From NCBI GenBank assembly GCA_001774395.1, contig MEZX01000001.1, forward strand, positions 27,643 to 91,642: a stretch of 64,000 nt of DNA, read 5' to 3'. The number at the start of each line of letters is the position of its first letter. The first letter of the stretch is position 1. A program made the position numbers and the translations under genes. This document shows, piece after piece, positions 28,315-37,116 of the stretch. The notes under the pieces are model-generated. The model was given only the letters and a program-made list of their open reading frames with translations. It was not told the DNA's origin and did not search any database. This DNA comes from Candidatus Berkelbacteria bacterium RIFCSPLOWO2_01_FULL_50_28. GTDB taxonomy: Bacteria > Patescibacteriota > UBA1384 > 2-12-FULL-50-11.

Positions 28315-28683
28315 TTTGCTTTGTTGTCTTGAAATTGTGGCTCTAAACAAACGAAACACCGCAACTTCCAGCATCTATATCTTAATGTTCAAGCGATGCC
28401 TCTTGAACAGGCACCCGATAATATGACGCCTCAATCCTCCATCGGAGTCAAGGATTGAAACGGCCGAACGTTTTTTAGGCGACGGCGTAAGCTGGACTAA
28501 AACTGCCAAACGCGTTTGCTACAGCAGTTCGAGTTTTCGCTAATACGTTTGCACGTAATTTTTTTGTCCTCTAAGGCAGAGACTTCCGCTTGCAAATTTG
28601 GTTGTTAAAGTTCCCGTCGAATCCTTTACAGCCCCGTGCGACAACCTTACCAAACTTGGAGCCAAAAGTCAACAAGATAGGGA

Positions 28684-29385
28684 TTGAAAAATGGGGCTGA
28701 AATATGTAGCGTCAAAGTGATGCTAGAGCTCAAAAACGCTACAAAAAGATTTACCGACGGCGAAGTCGTCAACGCCCTGGACGGTGTCAGCATTACCGTC
28801 GAGCGCGGTGAATTCGTAGGCATTATCGGCCCGAGCGGCTGCGGTAAATCTACTCTGCTTTACACATTGGGGCTGCTCGATTCCACCGACGAAGGCGAGT
28901 ATCGGATCGGCGACCAGCTCGCAGACGAATTGACGCGTAAACAACGGGCGAAACTGCGCAATAAGAAGTTTGGCTTTGTATTTCAATCTTTCAACCTACT
29001 GGCTCGAACCTCATCGTACGACAACGTCATTTTGCCACTACTGTACGGCCAAACCGCTGGTGCCGCGACCAAAACCCAGGCGTCGCTGGAACGAGTCGGC
29101 TTATGGAACAAACGTAAGAACTGGCCAAACCAGCTATCGGGCGGCCAGCAGCAACGTGTCGCCATCGCTCGAGCGCTCGTAAACGAGCCGGAAATAATCT
29201 TGGCCGATGAACCCACCGGTAATTTAGATTCAAAAACTGGCGTTGAAATCATGAATTTATTCAAAGAAATTCACGCCAAAGGCACAACCGTGGTGATGGT
29301 TACTCATAACCCTGATCTTTTGAAATACGCCACGAGAATTATCGAGATGCGAGACGGCAGAATAGTGCGGGACGAAAATGTGTAA
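28684..29385 (+). CDS. ABC transporter ATP-binding protein (MacB/LolD/FtsE-like)
   Basis: [37 protein letters not shown]. Confidence 0.85.
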   Translation: MKNGAEICSVKVMLELKNATKRFTDGEVVNALDGVSITVERGEFVGIIGPSGCGKSTLLYTLGLLDSTDEGEYRIGDQLADELTRKQRAKLRNKKFGFVFQSFNLLARTSSYDNVILPLLYGQTAGAATKTQASLERVGLWNKRKNWPNQLSGGQQQRVAIARALVNEPEIILADEPTGNLDSKTGVEIMNLFKEIHAKGTTVVMVTHNPDLLKYATRIIEMRDGRIVRDENV

Positions 29386-29541
29386 CCTTTTTGAGTACGA
29401 GTCCTCGCGTCCCAGCCGCCGCTCAGCTCTCGCGCTCCTCCTCGCTCGTCCTTCGGCGAGCTCAGGACACCGTGCCCGCTCGTCGTCCGCGACGCCTCAA
29501 AAAAGTTACACTTTCTCGTCCCTTGGGAAGGAAAAATTCTA

Positions 29542-30741
29542 ATGGGTATTCTACTTAACCTAAAAACAGCCCTAAAGTCACTTTGGAATAATAGGCTTCG
29601 CAGTTTTCTTACCTTGTTGGGGATTGTCATCGGGGTTTACGCCGTTGTCACACTTTTGGCCGCGGCCCAGGGTGTCCAAAACCAAATCGGCGGTTTCGTT
29701 GAAGACTTCGGACCCCGAACAATAATAATTATGCCCGGTGAGTCGGATTCTTCTGGAACGCCAAACTTTGCCGCTCAAGCCGCCCCGTCAACGCTGGTCG
29801 TTGATGACATTAGCTACCTTCGTCAACACGCAAACCTCATTGAAGACACGATCGACTACGCTGTTTTTATCGGAGGCCTTGCGGCTCACGGCGATAAGAA
29901 ATTGACCGGCATGCCTGTTGGCATCACACCGGGTGCGGAAGAACTGTTCAGCATAAAAATAATTGCCGGACGTAATTTTACCCAAAATGACCTAACCAAG
30001 AAAAGCCGAGTCTTGGTGCTAAGTGAGGCGGCGGCAGAAAAGCTAGCTGTAAAAGTGGGTGAAACGATGAATATCGGCCGTGATCAATTCAAGGTAATTG
30101 GACTCTTCGAAGTCGAGCAGTCGCTAAGTATCAGCTCCGCCCAGGGGGAGATGTTTCTCATTCCGGCACCAGTCGCAAATGAAATAAACAGGTCGCCACA
30201 GGTTAATCGCATCGTCGTCCACTCCAAAACCGTCGAAGACGTCGATAAGGCAATTGCCCAAGTAGAAAAGGTGCTTACCGCCAAACACGGCACGACCGAT
30301 TTCACCGTTATGAAACCGTCCGATATTCTGAAGACGGTTGATCAGATTATTAATGTGCTGAAATATATGGTTATCGGCATCACCTCCATTTCCCTGCTTG
30401 TTGGCGGCATTGGCATTATGAACATTATGCTTGTTACGGTGGCCGAACGAACCCGCGAGATCGGCATCCGCAAAGCAGTGGGCGCTACGGAAAGTGCGAT
30501 CATGTTGCAGTTTTTGATCGAATCGGTTGTGCTAACGGTAATTGGCGCGTTGATCGGTATTGGCTTAGCCTCTGTAACGTCGTATCTGGCCGCGAAATTC
30601 TCGCCGCTAGAACCACTCATCACCACCCAGACCATTTTGATCGCCGTAGCGATGGGCGTTATCGCAGGAGTTATCTTTGGCCTTTTCCCAGCCATTCGCG
30701 CCGCCCGTAAGAACCCCGTTGCCGCTCTCAAATACGAATAA
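29542..30741 (+). CDS. FtsX-like ABC transporter permease (MacB-type)
   Basis: N-terminal TM, large extracytoplasmic domain, C-terminal 3-TM FtsX domain with a conserved Gly-rich segment. 399 aa. Confidence 0.8.
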   Translation: MGILLNLKTALKSLWNNRLRSFLTLLGIVIGVYAVVTLLAAAQGVQNQIGGFVEDFGPRTIIIMPGESDSSGTPNFAAQAAPSTLVVDDISYLRQHANLIEDTIDYAVFIGGLAAHGDKKLTGMPVGITPGAEELFSIKIIAGRNFTQNDLTKKSRVLVLSEAAAEKLAVKVGETMNIGRDQFKVIGLFEVEQSLSISSAQGEMFLIPAPVANEINRSPQVNRIVVHSKTVEDVDKAIAQVEKVLTAKHGTTDFTVMKPSDILKTVDQIINVLKYMVIGITSISLLVGGIGIMNIMLVTVAERTREIGIRKAVGATESAIMLQFLIESVVLTVIGALIGIGLASVTSYLAAKFSPLEPLITTQTILIAVAMGVIAGVIFGLFPAIRAARKNPVAALKYE

Positions 30742-30903
30742 ACAACCTGGTTCTTGACCCCTCACTAAAGAGCTAACAGCTTTCTGTAGCCCTTTTGCCT
30801 GCGGAGTTTACTGAAAGACGACCCGGAGCAGAATGTAATTGTGCTATGTGAGTGAAAAGCTGTCGAGGCAAAAGATTAGCTCTTAAGTGCGGGGTTGACT
30901 CGG

Positions 30904-30921
30904 TGTAAAGTTTCCTTTACA
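30904..30921. promoter_or_regulatory. Perfect 7-bp inverted repeat TGTAAAG-tttc-CTTTACA (candidate operator), 11 nt upstream of the XRE-Hsp20 start codon
   Basis: Palindrome read directly from the sequence. Its position is typical for autoregulation by an XRE-family HTH. Confidence 0.4.
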
Positions 30922-30931
30922 TTGTTGGTAA

Positions 30932-31537
30932 ATGTCATCGGAATTACGCCTACTTTTACGGGACCTGCGTCAAGCCCAGGAACTGTCACAAGACGAGTTA
31001 GCCCATCAGCTGGGAATCTCTCGTCAATCAATCATTTCGCTCGAACAGGGCGCTTACTTGCCTAGTTTTCCACTGTTGATAACCATTATCGAGTTTTTCA
31101 ACTGTGACCTTGAGGAGCTTGTGGAAGGCCTGGGACAGAATGCAGCACAATTGCCCTCGAGCGACGAGGTGCCTATTCAGATGATTGAACAGCCAGCCAC
31201 CAGCTCGCTCTTTGGAGCAATCAATGTCTACGAAAACGAATCTGAGTACGAGGTTCAAGTTCAGGCGCCAGGGTTAAAAGAGAACGAGCTCAACCTTGAG
31301 TTTTCAGGTGACACGCTGACAATTACCGCTCAAACCGCGGTCGACAGGAACGATGCCACTAAAAAACTCATCCGTCGCGAGTGGGAGCACGACTCATTCA
31401 GTCGTCAGGTGCGCTTCGCTCACCCGATCAAGGAAGAAAAAGTTGAGGCCAAGCTCTCTGACGGGACGTTAAGAGTTACCGCCCCGAAAGTGGAGCCAGT
31501 CAAACCGAAGGTTAAGAAGATTGAAGTGAAGAAGTAG
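30932..31537 (+). CDS. Fusion protein: N-terminal XRE-family HTH + C-terminal Hsp20/alpha-crystallin domain
   Basis: N-terminus LSQDELAHQLGISRQSIISLEQG (Cro/C1 HTH). C-terminus INVYENESEYEVQVQAPGLKENELNLEFSGDTLTITAQ ... SFSRQVRFAHPIKEEKVEAKLSDGTLRVTAPK is a classic alpha-crystallin domain. Confidence 0.7.
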   Translation: MSSELRLLLRDLRQAQELSQDELAHQLGISRQSIISLEQGAYLPSFPLLITIIEFFNCDLEELVEGLGQNAAQLPSSDEVPIQMIEQPATSSLFGAINVYENESEYEVQVQAPGLKENELNLEFSGDTLTITAQTAVDRNDATKKLIRREWEHDSFSRQVRFAHPIKEEKVEAKLSDGTLRVTAPKVEPVKPKVKKIEVKK

Positions 31538-31585
31538 TCGCCTTCAAAAGCGAGCAAATTAGCGGCCAACTGGCCGCTAATTTAT

Positions 31586-32128
31586 CTACTTGACTGTGAT
31601 CGAGATTATTTTATCGCCGATGGCAATTTTATTGACGACATCCAGGCCAGAAGTGACGATGCCGAAGTTGGTGTACTGTTTGTCCAGAAAGCTCGATTCC
31701 TTTTTCACAATAAAGAATTGGGCGTCGTTAGAGACTTTAATGTCGCTACCGCGCGCCACCCCGAGCGAACCTAAAACAAACGGTTTATCGGAGAGCTCAG
31801 TAGCTATCTCGCCGCCGCCAGTACCGGTACCTAACGGATCGCCGCCCTGGATTACCCAATCTTCAACACGGTGAAAAGTGAGATTGTTATAGAAACCAGA
31901 CTTCACTTTGTCTTTGAAATTCTGAACCGTCTTTGGCGCCACGCTCGGATACAGTTCCAACGTAATATCGCCTTTTGAAGTTTTGATAACTGCCGTAGTT
32001 TTTTTGAGTGAGGCGTCCGCGTTATTTGGTTGTGGACCTGGCGCCACTGCTTTTTTGCCTGGAACCAACGCAAACAGACCCAAAATTGCCGCCAATACGA
32101 TCACACCGATAATAATATTGTTTGTCAT
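31586..32128 (-). CDS. Cyclophilin-type peptidyl-prolyl cis-trans isomerase, membrane-anchored
   Basis: FHRVEDWVIQGGDPLGTGTGG is the cyclophilin signature. N-terminal TM helix. Confidence 0.8.
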   Translation of the reverse strand: MTNNIIIGVIVLAAILGLFALVPGKKAVAPGPQPNNADASLKKTTAVIKTSKGDITLELYPSVAPKTVQNFKDKVKSGFYNNLTFHRVEDWVIQGGDPLGTGTGGGEIATELSDKPFVLGSLGVARGSDIKVSNDAQFFIVKKESSFLDKQYTNFGIVTSGLDVVNKIAIGDKIISITVK

Positions 32129-32133
32129 AGTTG

Positions 32134-32209
32134 TGCGCGGTAGTGGATTCGAACCACTGAAACCTCCTCGACGTCAACGAGGCGCTCTAACCAACTGAGC
32201 TAACCGCGC
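32134..32209 (-). tRNA. tRNA-Val (anticodon GAC)
   Basis: Reverse complement folds as acceptor GCGCGGU/ACCGCGC, anticodon stem CCUCG/CGAGG, loop UUGACGU, T-arm GGUUCGAAUCC. Confidence 0.85.
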
Positions 32210-32892
32210 ATTGTTGCTATCTTCTCACAAAATAACCTGCTAATCCAGACGAGCCTGCGTTGGATTGCAACCCGTCCGTACGAAACCACGCAAACCCCTT
32301 TATAATCTAAATAGGTGGGCTTTCCAGAAGTTCGCTTGTCTAAGGAAGTGGACTTAAAGTTCTCTATTGGAACCTTCAAGGTTTCCGCCCAGTACTCTCT
32401 TGTTTGCCCGATTTTTTGATCAGCTCGTAGATGGAGATAGAATCTGGCCTGAGTTGGACTTACTCCATAGAGCTTCTTCATACAATAAACAAAGAATTTC
32501 AGAATAGTTGGGTCAGAGCTACCAAGTGAGGTATCAGACGACTTTTTACTTCCCTCTCCCAAATAGAGAATCGCTAGGGCCAGTTCCAGAGTAGAAGCAT
32601 CCGTAAGATTTAACCTGCTCATCACCGCCTCCGCTTCTAAGCGCGCTACTTCAATACGACCCGCTTTCTGTCGATTGTGCCAGCGAATTGCGTTACCGCG
32701 CGATTCATTAATTGCCTTGAGCCAATTCGCTTTGATTGCAGTCCTTTGCTTATCGGTTAATTGGATACCAATGAACCAATAACTCAATGTTGATTTAGGA
32801 ATCCCCAGCTCTATCCCAATGCGCCCAAGTGGGACGCCTTCTTTGCGCATTTTCAACGCGAGATCTTTTAAGTGAAGGAATCTTGATTTCAT
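32200..32892 (-). CDS. Hypothetical HTH-containing protein, possible LAGLIDADG-like motif
   Basis: The N-terminal helix-turn-helix-like segment (GRIGIELGIPKSTLSYWF) and LALAILYLGEGSK are suggestive only. The stop codon overlaps the first ~10 nt of tRNA-Val. Confidence 0.3.
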   Translation of the reverse strand: MKSRFLHLKDLALKMRKEGVPLGRIGIELGIPKSTLSYWFIGIQLTDKQRTAIKANWLKAINESRGNAIRWHNRQKAGRIEVARLEAEAVMSRLNLTDASTLELALAILYLGEGSKKSSDTSLGSSDPTILKFFVYCMKKLYGVSPTQARFYLHLRADQKIGQTREYWAETLKVPIENFKSTSLDKRTSGKPTYLDYKGVCVVSYGRVAIQRRLVWISRLFCEKIATMRG

Positions 32893-32935
32893 TACAGTAT
32901 CCTCACTATGCTCTGCAGTACGGTTGCTGTCAATA

Positions 32936-33802
32936 CTAATCTTTGCTGCGTTGGGAAGGATCAAGAGCACCATCGGCAATAGCGATTTCTTCGTTGATGC
33001 GCTGCATTACGTCAGTGAAGTTTTTTACCCTTATGCGCGGCAGCTCAAATAGCGAAGATTGTTCTGTCGCCACGCCAAAATTTGTTGTTACTGCGGCACG
33101 TACCCCTAAACCAAAAACTAGATCAACAGTCTCCGCTTTGTACTGGCCGGATGGATAAGAAAAAACATATTCGGTATCTACCAAGCTGTTACTTATCTGC
33201 GTGTAAGCATTTTCGCGAGTCTGGTTGGCTAAATTAACGTGTGACATCGTGTGGCCACCAATTTCCATTCCCGCCTCCCTCAGCTTTGTTATCTGGTCGC
33301 GCGTCATGTAACCTTTCCTGCCAACAAAGTCACCAACGACAAAAAACGTCGCCGTCATTTTGTGATCCAGTAAAATAGGCAGGGCTTTTTTATAGGCATC
33401 AGTGTAGCCGTCGTCAAACGTTAAAATGACAGACTTTTCACCATATTTACCCTCCGCCAGCTCACTTAGGCTTATCGTGTGGTAGCCCTCAGCGACCAGC
33501 GCGTCCAGCTGGCTCGAGAGTATATCCGGCGCAACGGAGAGCTGGACCCCAAGCGGGTCATCCGTTCGATCCGCATAATCTCGAATATAGTGGTACATCA
33601 GTATCGGAACGCGGAAACTAGCACTCGAAGTGTTTGTTAGTGGAATTTGAGTTGTTGATTGGGACGGTTGGGACCCAACGACGTCGGCCGGAACTTCCGA
33701 TGGCGTTGGTGCCCTCTCCAGGCTAAAACCAATTTTCACCCACATAAATACGGCCGTGCCGACCAAACAAAAAACAAAGAGCCCAAACAGTATCCGACCC
33801 AT
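32936..33802 (-). CDS. Polysaccharide deacetylase (NodB-family) with N-terminal TM anchor
   Basis: FDDGYTDAY and the FFVVG ... GHTMSHVNL NodB motifs. The start was trimmed to MGRILFGLFVF so that the ORF no longer runs antisense across tRNA-Glu. Confidence 0.75.
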   Translation of the reverse strand: MGRILFGLFVFCLVGTAVFMWVKIGFSLERAPTPSEVPADVVGSQPSQSTTQIPLTNTSSASFRVPILMYHYIRDYADRTDDPLGVQLSVAPDILSSQLDALVAEGYHTISLSELAEGKYGEKSVILTFDDGYTDAYKKALPILLDHKMTATFFVVGDFVGRKGYMTRDQITKLREAGMEIGGHTMSHVNLANQTRENAYTQISNSLVDTEYVFSYPSGQYKAETVDLVFGLGVRAAVTTNFGVATEQSSLFELPRIRVKNFTDVMQRINEEIAIADGALDPSQRSKD

Positions 33803-33864
33803 TGCAGTAAGTATACCTCGGCTGTAATTGGGTTCAAAATAGGGTAGAATAGTTAAGATATTTG

Positions 33865-33938
33865 GGTCCCATCGTCTAGTGGCCCAGGACGCTGGATTTT
33901 CATTCCAGAAATCGCGGGTTCGACTCCCGCTGGGACCG
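33865..33938 (+). tRNA. tRNA-Glu (anticodon UUC)
   Basis: Acceptor GGUCCCA/UGGGACC, D-arm GUCU..GGAC, anticodon stem CUGGA/UCCAG, loop UUUUCAU, T-arm GCGGG-UUCGACU-CCCGC. Confidence 0.8.
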
Positions 33939-34154
33939 CTCTTCAAAAACACTCGCCACCGGCGGGTGTTTTTGGCGAATGCATTTGGGGAGACGAACCC
34001 ATTGCCGTTAGGCAATAGGTGCGATTTGTACGAGTTTACGAAGTACAAAATGAGCGTAGTGAATATAACGACTGAGCGGTCGCGAAGGAGTTATGCCGGA
34101 GCGAAGCGACGGATAATCCCGCTGGGACCGCACAAGTGGGGCGGCTAGGGTCGC

Positions 34155-34565
34155 CTAGCCGCCTTCGGGGTTATCAAGTGAGTCTTCCATCTCAGCTGCG
34201 GCTTCATGGAGACCTTCCAGGATTAGGCGCATTGCCAAGGGCAACTTTCTCTCGTCTTCCAACTGTGCTATCTGGCTACGAGCCTGGCCAATTAACTCGG
34301 AAAGCGCTATTTTCTTCTCGGGATCGACGGACTCACTCAGTTGCCCTTCCAATCCAGTAATTCGCTCGTGCAAAATCTTCGCTCGAAGATCGGTTCGAAC
34401 ATCAAGCTCGATAGAGCGTGCTTGCTCCTTCCCTTTGCCCTTATGCCGTACCAGCAACCAGGAAACGGCACCGATAGCGGCAAGTCCGGCTCCGACCCCC
34501 CAGAGTAGCTTGGTATCGAGCTTCTTGGACTTTAGTTCGCGTTTACTCAAAGGTTCACCTCCCAA
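34155..34565 (-). CDS. Hypothetical membrane-anchored coiled-coil protein
   Basis: 136-aa ORF with an N-terminal TM (LWGVGAGLAAIGAVSWLLV) and a charged helical C-terminus. Confidence 0.4.
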   Translation of the reverse strand: MGGEPLSKRELKSKKLDTKLLWGVGAGLAAIGAVSWLLVRHKGKGKEQARSIELDVRTDLRAKILHERITGLEGQLSESVDPEKKIALSELIGQARSQIAQLEDERKLPLAMRLILEGLHEAAAEMEDSLDNPEGG

Positions 34566-34602
34566 TGGATTGAATATTAGTCTAATTTAGGCGACGCTAG
34601 AA

Positions 34603-35202
34603 GTGATGAAACTACGAGCATTCACGCTAATTGAAGTTCTGACGGTTATCTTTATCATCGGCATCTTGGTGTCGCTCGGTGCTTACGGCTGGGCGGCAAG
34701 CCTGACGCGTTCACGTGACACACAACGGATTAGCGCCCTGCTGTCAACGAAGAACGCTTTGGAACAGTACTACCTGGAGCATCGAACTTATCCGGCGTAC
34801 AAGAGTCACGTGCCCGCAGTTTACGCCGCCCGTTGGCAGCTGGAAAGTAGCTTGCCCTGCCAGAGCGGCGGCGGTTACTTAACCCCAACTTACCTGACTT
34901 CCGTTCCCGAAGACCCCAGCCATAAGCTCGGCAGTCTGGTTGAACCGTGCCAAACAACACACTACGGCCAGTACCTTTATCTACCCACTCCAAAAAGCCC
35001 GCCTGCAACAGGGTACTACCTGATCGCTCGCATGGAACGCAACAATAACGTGAACTGGAAAAGCGAGGTGCTCACCAAACTTACGAGTGCTGGCTATAAT
35101 CTACCAACACAAACATTCGCGCCCTGCACAGCAGGGCAGTTCGGAATAGACCCCGTCCCTTGCAGCCACAATTATTTTATCTCTAGCTCTCGTAACAACT
35201 AG
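34603..35202 (+). CDS. Type IV pilin / pseudopilin-like protein (prepilin-type N-terminal methylation domain)
   Basis: MMKLRAFTLIEVLTVIFIIGILVSL is the class III signal peptide / N-methylation motif. Confidence 0.7.
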   Translation: MMKLRAFTLIEVLTVIFIIGILVSLGAYGWAASLTRSRDTQRISALLSTKNALEQYYLEHRTYPAYKSHVPAVYAARWQLESSLPCQSGGGYLTPTYLTSVPEDPSHKLGSLVEPCQTTHYGQYLYLPTPKSPPATGYYLIARMERNNNVNWKSEVLTKLTSAGYNLPTQTFAPCTAGQFGIDPVPCSHNYFISSSRNN

Positions 35203-35268
35203 TTCTAGAGTCCAGGCTGCCCTGCTCCAGGATTATTCTACGCTCGGGTATGATACAATTTCCCTGTT

Positions 35269-36813
35269 GTGCAACAGACGACGACTAAATTATCTGCGTT
35301 TTGGTGGCGGTTTTTTGAAATACTCCCAGGCGCTTTGACGTGGATTGCGTTACTAGGGACCATTTTCCTAAGCTTCAGTCATCCGGTGTTAGTGGCGATC
35401 TTTGTCATATGTTTTGATCTAAACTGGCTGTTTCGATCGTTGAGGATGATGAAAAATACCTTCCTAACTTACCTTTACATTAAGAGAGATCAAAGAATAG
35501 ACTGGAAAGAGAGGCTAGATTCTTTAAGCAAAAATCAGCAAATAAATAGCAGATTGGTTGTTGAGAGTATAAAACCAGACGAGCTTTACCACGCAATAAT
35601 ATTGGTCCATTACAAAGAGCCGCTTGAACTGTTAATTGGTTCGATTGAGAGTTACGCTCGGAGCCGTACCAACAAAGAACGTTTGTGGTTAATATTAGGT
35701 TCAGAAGAACGGGCGGGGAACGACATCCATCGAATTTTCGAGGCCATACAAAAACGTTTCGGCAATGAATTCGGCCATATCATGCAAACGATCCACCCAG
35801 CTAACATCCCGGGCGAGATCAAGTGCAAGTCTGCCAACGGCACTTGGGCGGCAAAAGAATTTAAAAAAGTACTTGATAGTCGCCAGATCGAGTACGACAA
35901 AGTGATTGTTCACAACTTCGATGCCGACACCATGGTTTACTCGAACTACTTTGACTATGTTGCGTATAAATATCTTACATCCCCACTTGGCCAGCCGACC
36001 TCCTTCCAACCTGTGCATGTTTACGCCAACAATATCTGGGACGTACCAGCATTGATGCGTCTTATCGCTCAAAGCTCTACACTAATTTTTATGCACAATA
36101 TGTTGCGGCAAAGCCGCTTCCATCATTTTTCTTCACGGAGTGACGTGTTTCAAACCATAGTCGACATTAACTACTGGACAGTAAATGCTATCCCCGAGGA
36201 CTCAAGACAGTATTACGATTCGTACTTTCACTATCACGGGAAATTGGTTATTGAACCAATCTATATCCCTTTACGTATGGATGCGGTTTATGCTGACGGC
36301 TACTGGCCGACAGTGCAGAATCAGTACTTCCAGTTACGTCGTTGGGCATGGGGAATTTCCGATCTACCGTATGTTGTTGACTTGGCAGTAAAAGACCAGG
36401 CCCTTAATTGGTGGAACAAACTCGTTAAAATTCTTCAGCTAATTGAAAGCCATTTCTCCTGGGCAACATCAGCCATCTTTATCGCCATCCTTGGCTGGAT
36501 GCCGCGATTATTTAGCGTCGACTTTTCCAACACCGTCTTGGGTTATAACTTCCCGATTGTTACAAGAACCATCCTGGGCTTGGCATTAGTTGGATTAATC
36601 AGCGGGATAGTTATCAGTTTCCTTCTGTTGCCACCCCGACCGCAACACCGCGGAAAGTGGTATTACCTCAATTTTGTCTGGCAATGGATTCTGGCGCCAA
36701 TTGCCAGTATCTTCATCAGTTCGTTTGCCGCCATCGATGCCCAAACGCGGCTGATGATTGGCAAACGGCTCGACTATCAAGTTACCGAAAAAGCGGTTAC
36801 CAGAGACCGCTAG
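35269..36813 (+). CDS. Polytopic membrane protein with central cytoplasmic domain (possible family-2 glycosyltransferase-like)
   Basis: 514 aa with TM bundles at both ends. A central soluble region carries a DxD-like motif (HNFDADTM). Assignment is tentative. Confidence 0.35.
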   Translation: MQQTTTKLSAFWWRFFEILPGALTWIALLGTIFLSFSHPVLVAIFVICFDLNWLFRSLRMMKNTFLTYLYIKRDQRIDWKERLDSLSKNQQINSRLVVESIKPDELYHAIILVHYKEPLELLIGSIESYARSRTNKERLWLILGSEERAGNDIHRIFEAIQKRFGNEFGHIMQTIHPANIPGEIKCKSANGTWAAKEFKKVLDSRQIEYDKVIVHNFDADTMVYSNYFDYVAYKYLTSPLGQPTSFQPVHVYANNIWDVPALMRLIAQSSTLIFMHNMLRQSRFHHFSSRSDVFQTIVDINYWTVNAIPEDSRQYYDSYFHYHGKLVIEPIYIPLRMDAVYADGYWPTVQNQYFQLRRWAWGISDLPYVVDLAVKDQALNWWNKLVKILQLIESHFSWATSAIFIAILGWMPRLFSVDFSNTVLGYNFPIVTRTILGLALVGLISGIVISFLLLPPRPQHRGKWYYLNFVWQWILAPIASIFISSFAAIDAQTRLMIGKRLDYQVTEKAVTRDR

Positions 36814-37116
36814 CTATCTGCCGCCCAAAAGAGTCACTAGTATCAGATAGGTAATCATCACAATCTCTAAACTCGCCATCAGTAAGAGGGCGATAGTCCT
36901 TATCTTGCCCTCCCGACGAGGAGTTGCAAAGAAGAGTAGAAAATCAACCGCGAATAACGAATAGAAATACCCGCCAACCCGGCTGTCAACGTTGGGCAGC
37001 GAGCGTGAGACAAAGAAAATGATTAGGGCGATTACTAGCGCTACCAACAACCCAAAGTTGCTTCTGTCGCGCCAAACGATCTTCAGAAAATCAAGTGATA
37101 TTTTTAGCCTAGACAT
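36814..37116 (-). CDS. Small hypothetical membrane protein
   Basis: 100-aa ORF with two predicted TM helices. Overlaps the next gene's stop by 8 nt (operon-like). Confidence 0.35.
   Translation of the reverse strand: MSRLKISLDFLKIVWRDRSNFGLLVALVIALIIFFVSRSLPNVDSRVGGYFYSLFAVDFLLFFATPRREGKIRTIALLLMASLEIVMITYLILVTLLGGR

Noticed and set aside
28380-28460. Inverted repeat CAATCCT…AGGATTG and a second GGATTGAAA copy upstream of the MacB-type operon; considered as a terminator or att core
   Set aside because: Short (7 bp) stem with a 12-nt loop and no U-tract, and the repeat is not found at the other island border. Left as an unremarkable promoter-region feature.
35652-36072. Minus-strand ORFs of 82 and 123 codons inside the 35269-36813 membrane-protein gene
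   Set aside because: Embedded antisense in a long ORF with coherent TM topology. No independent support.
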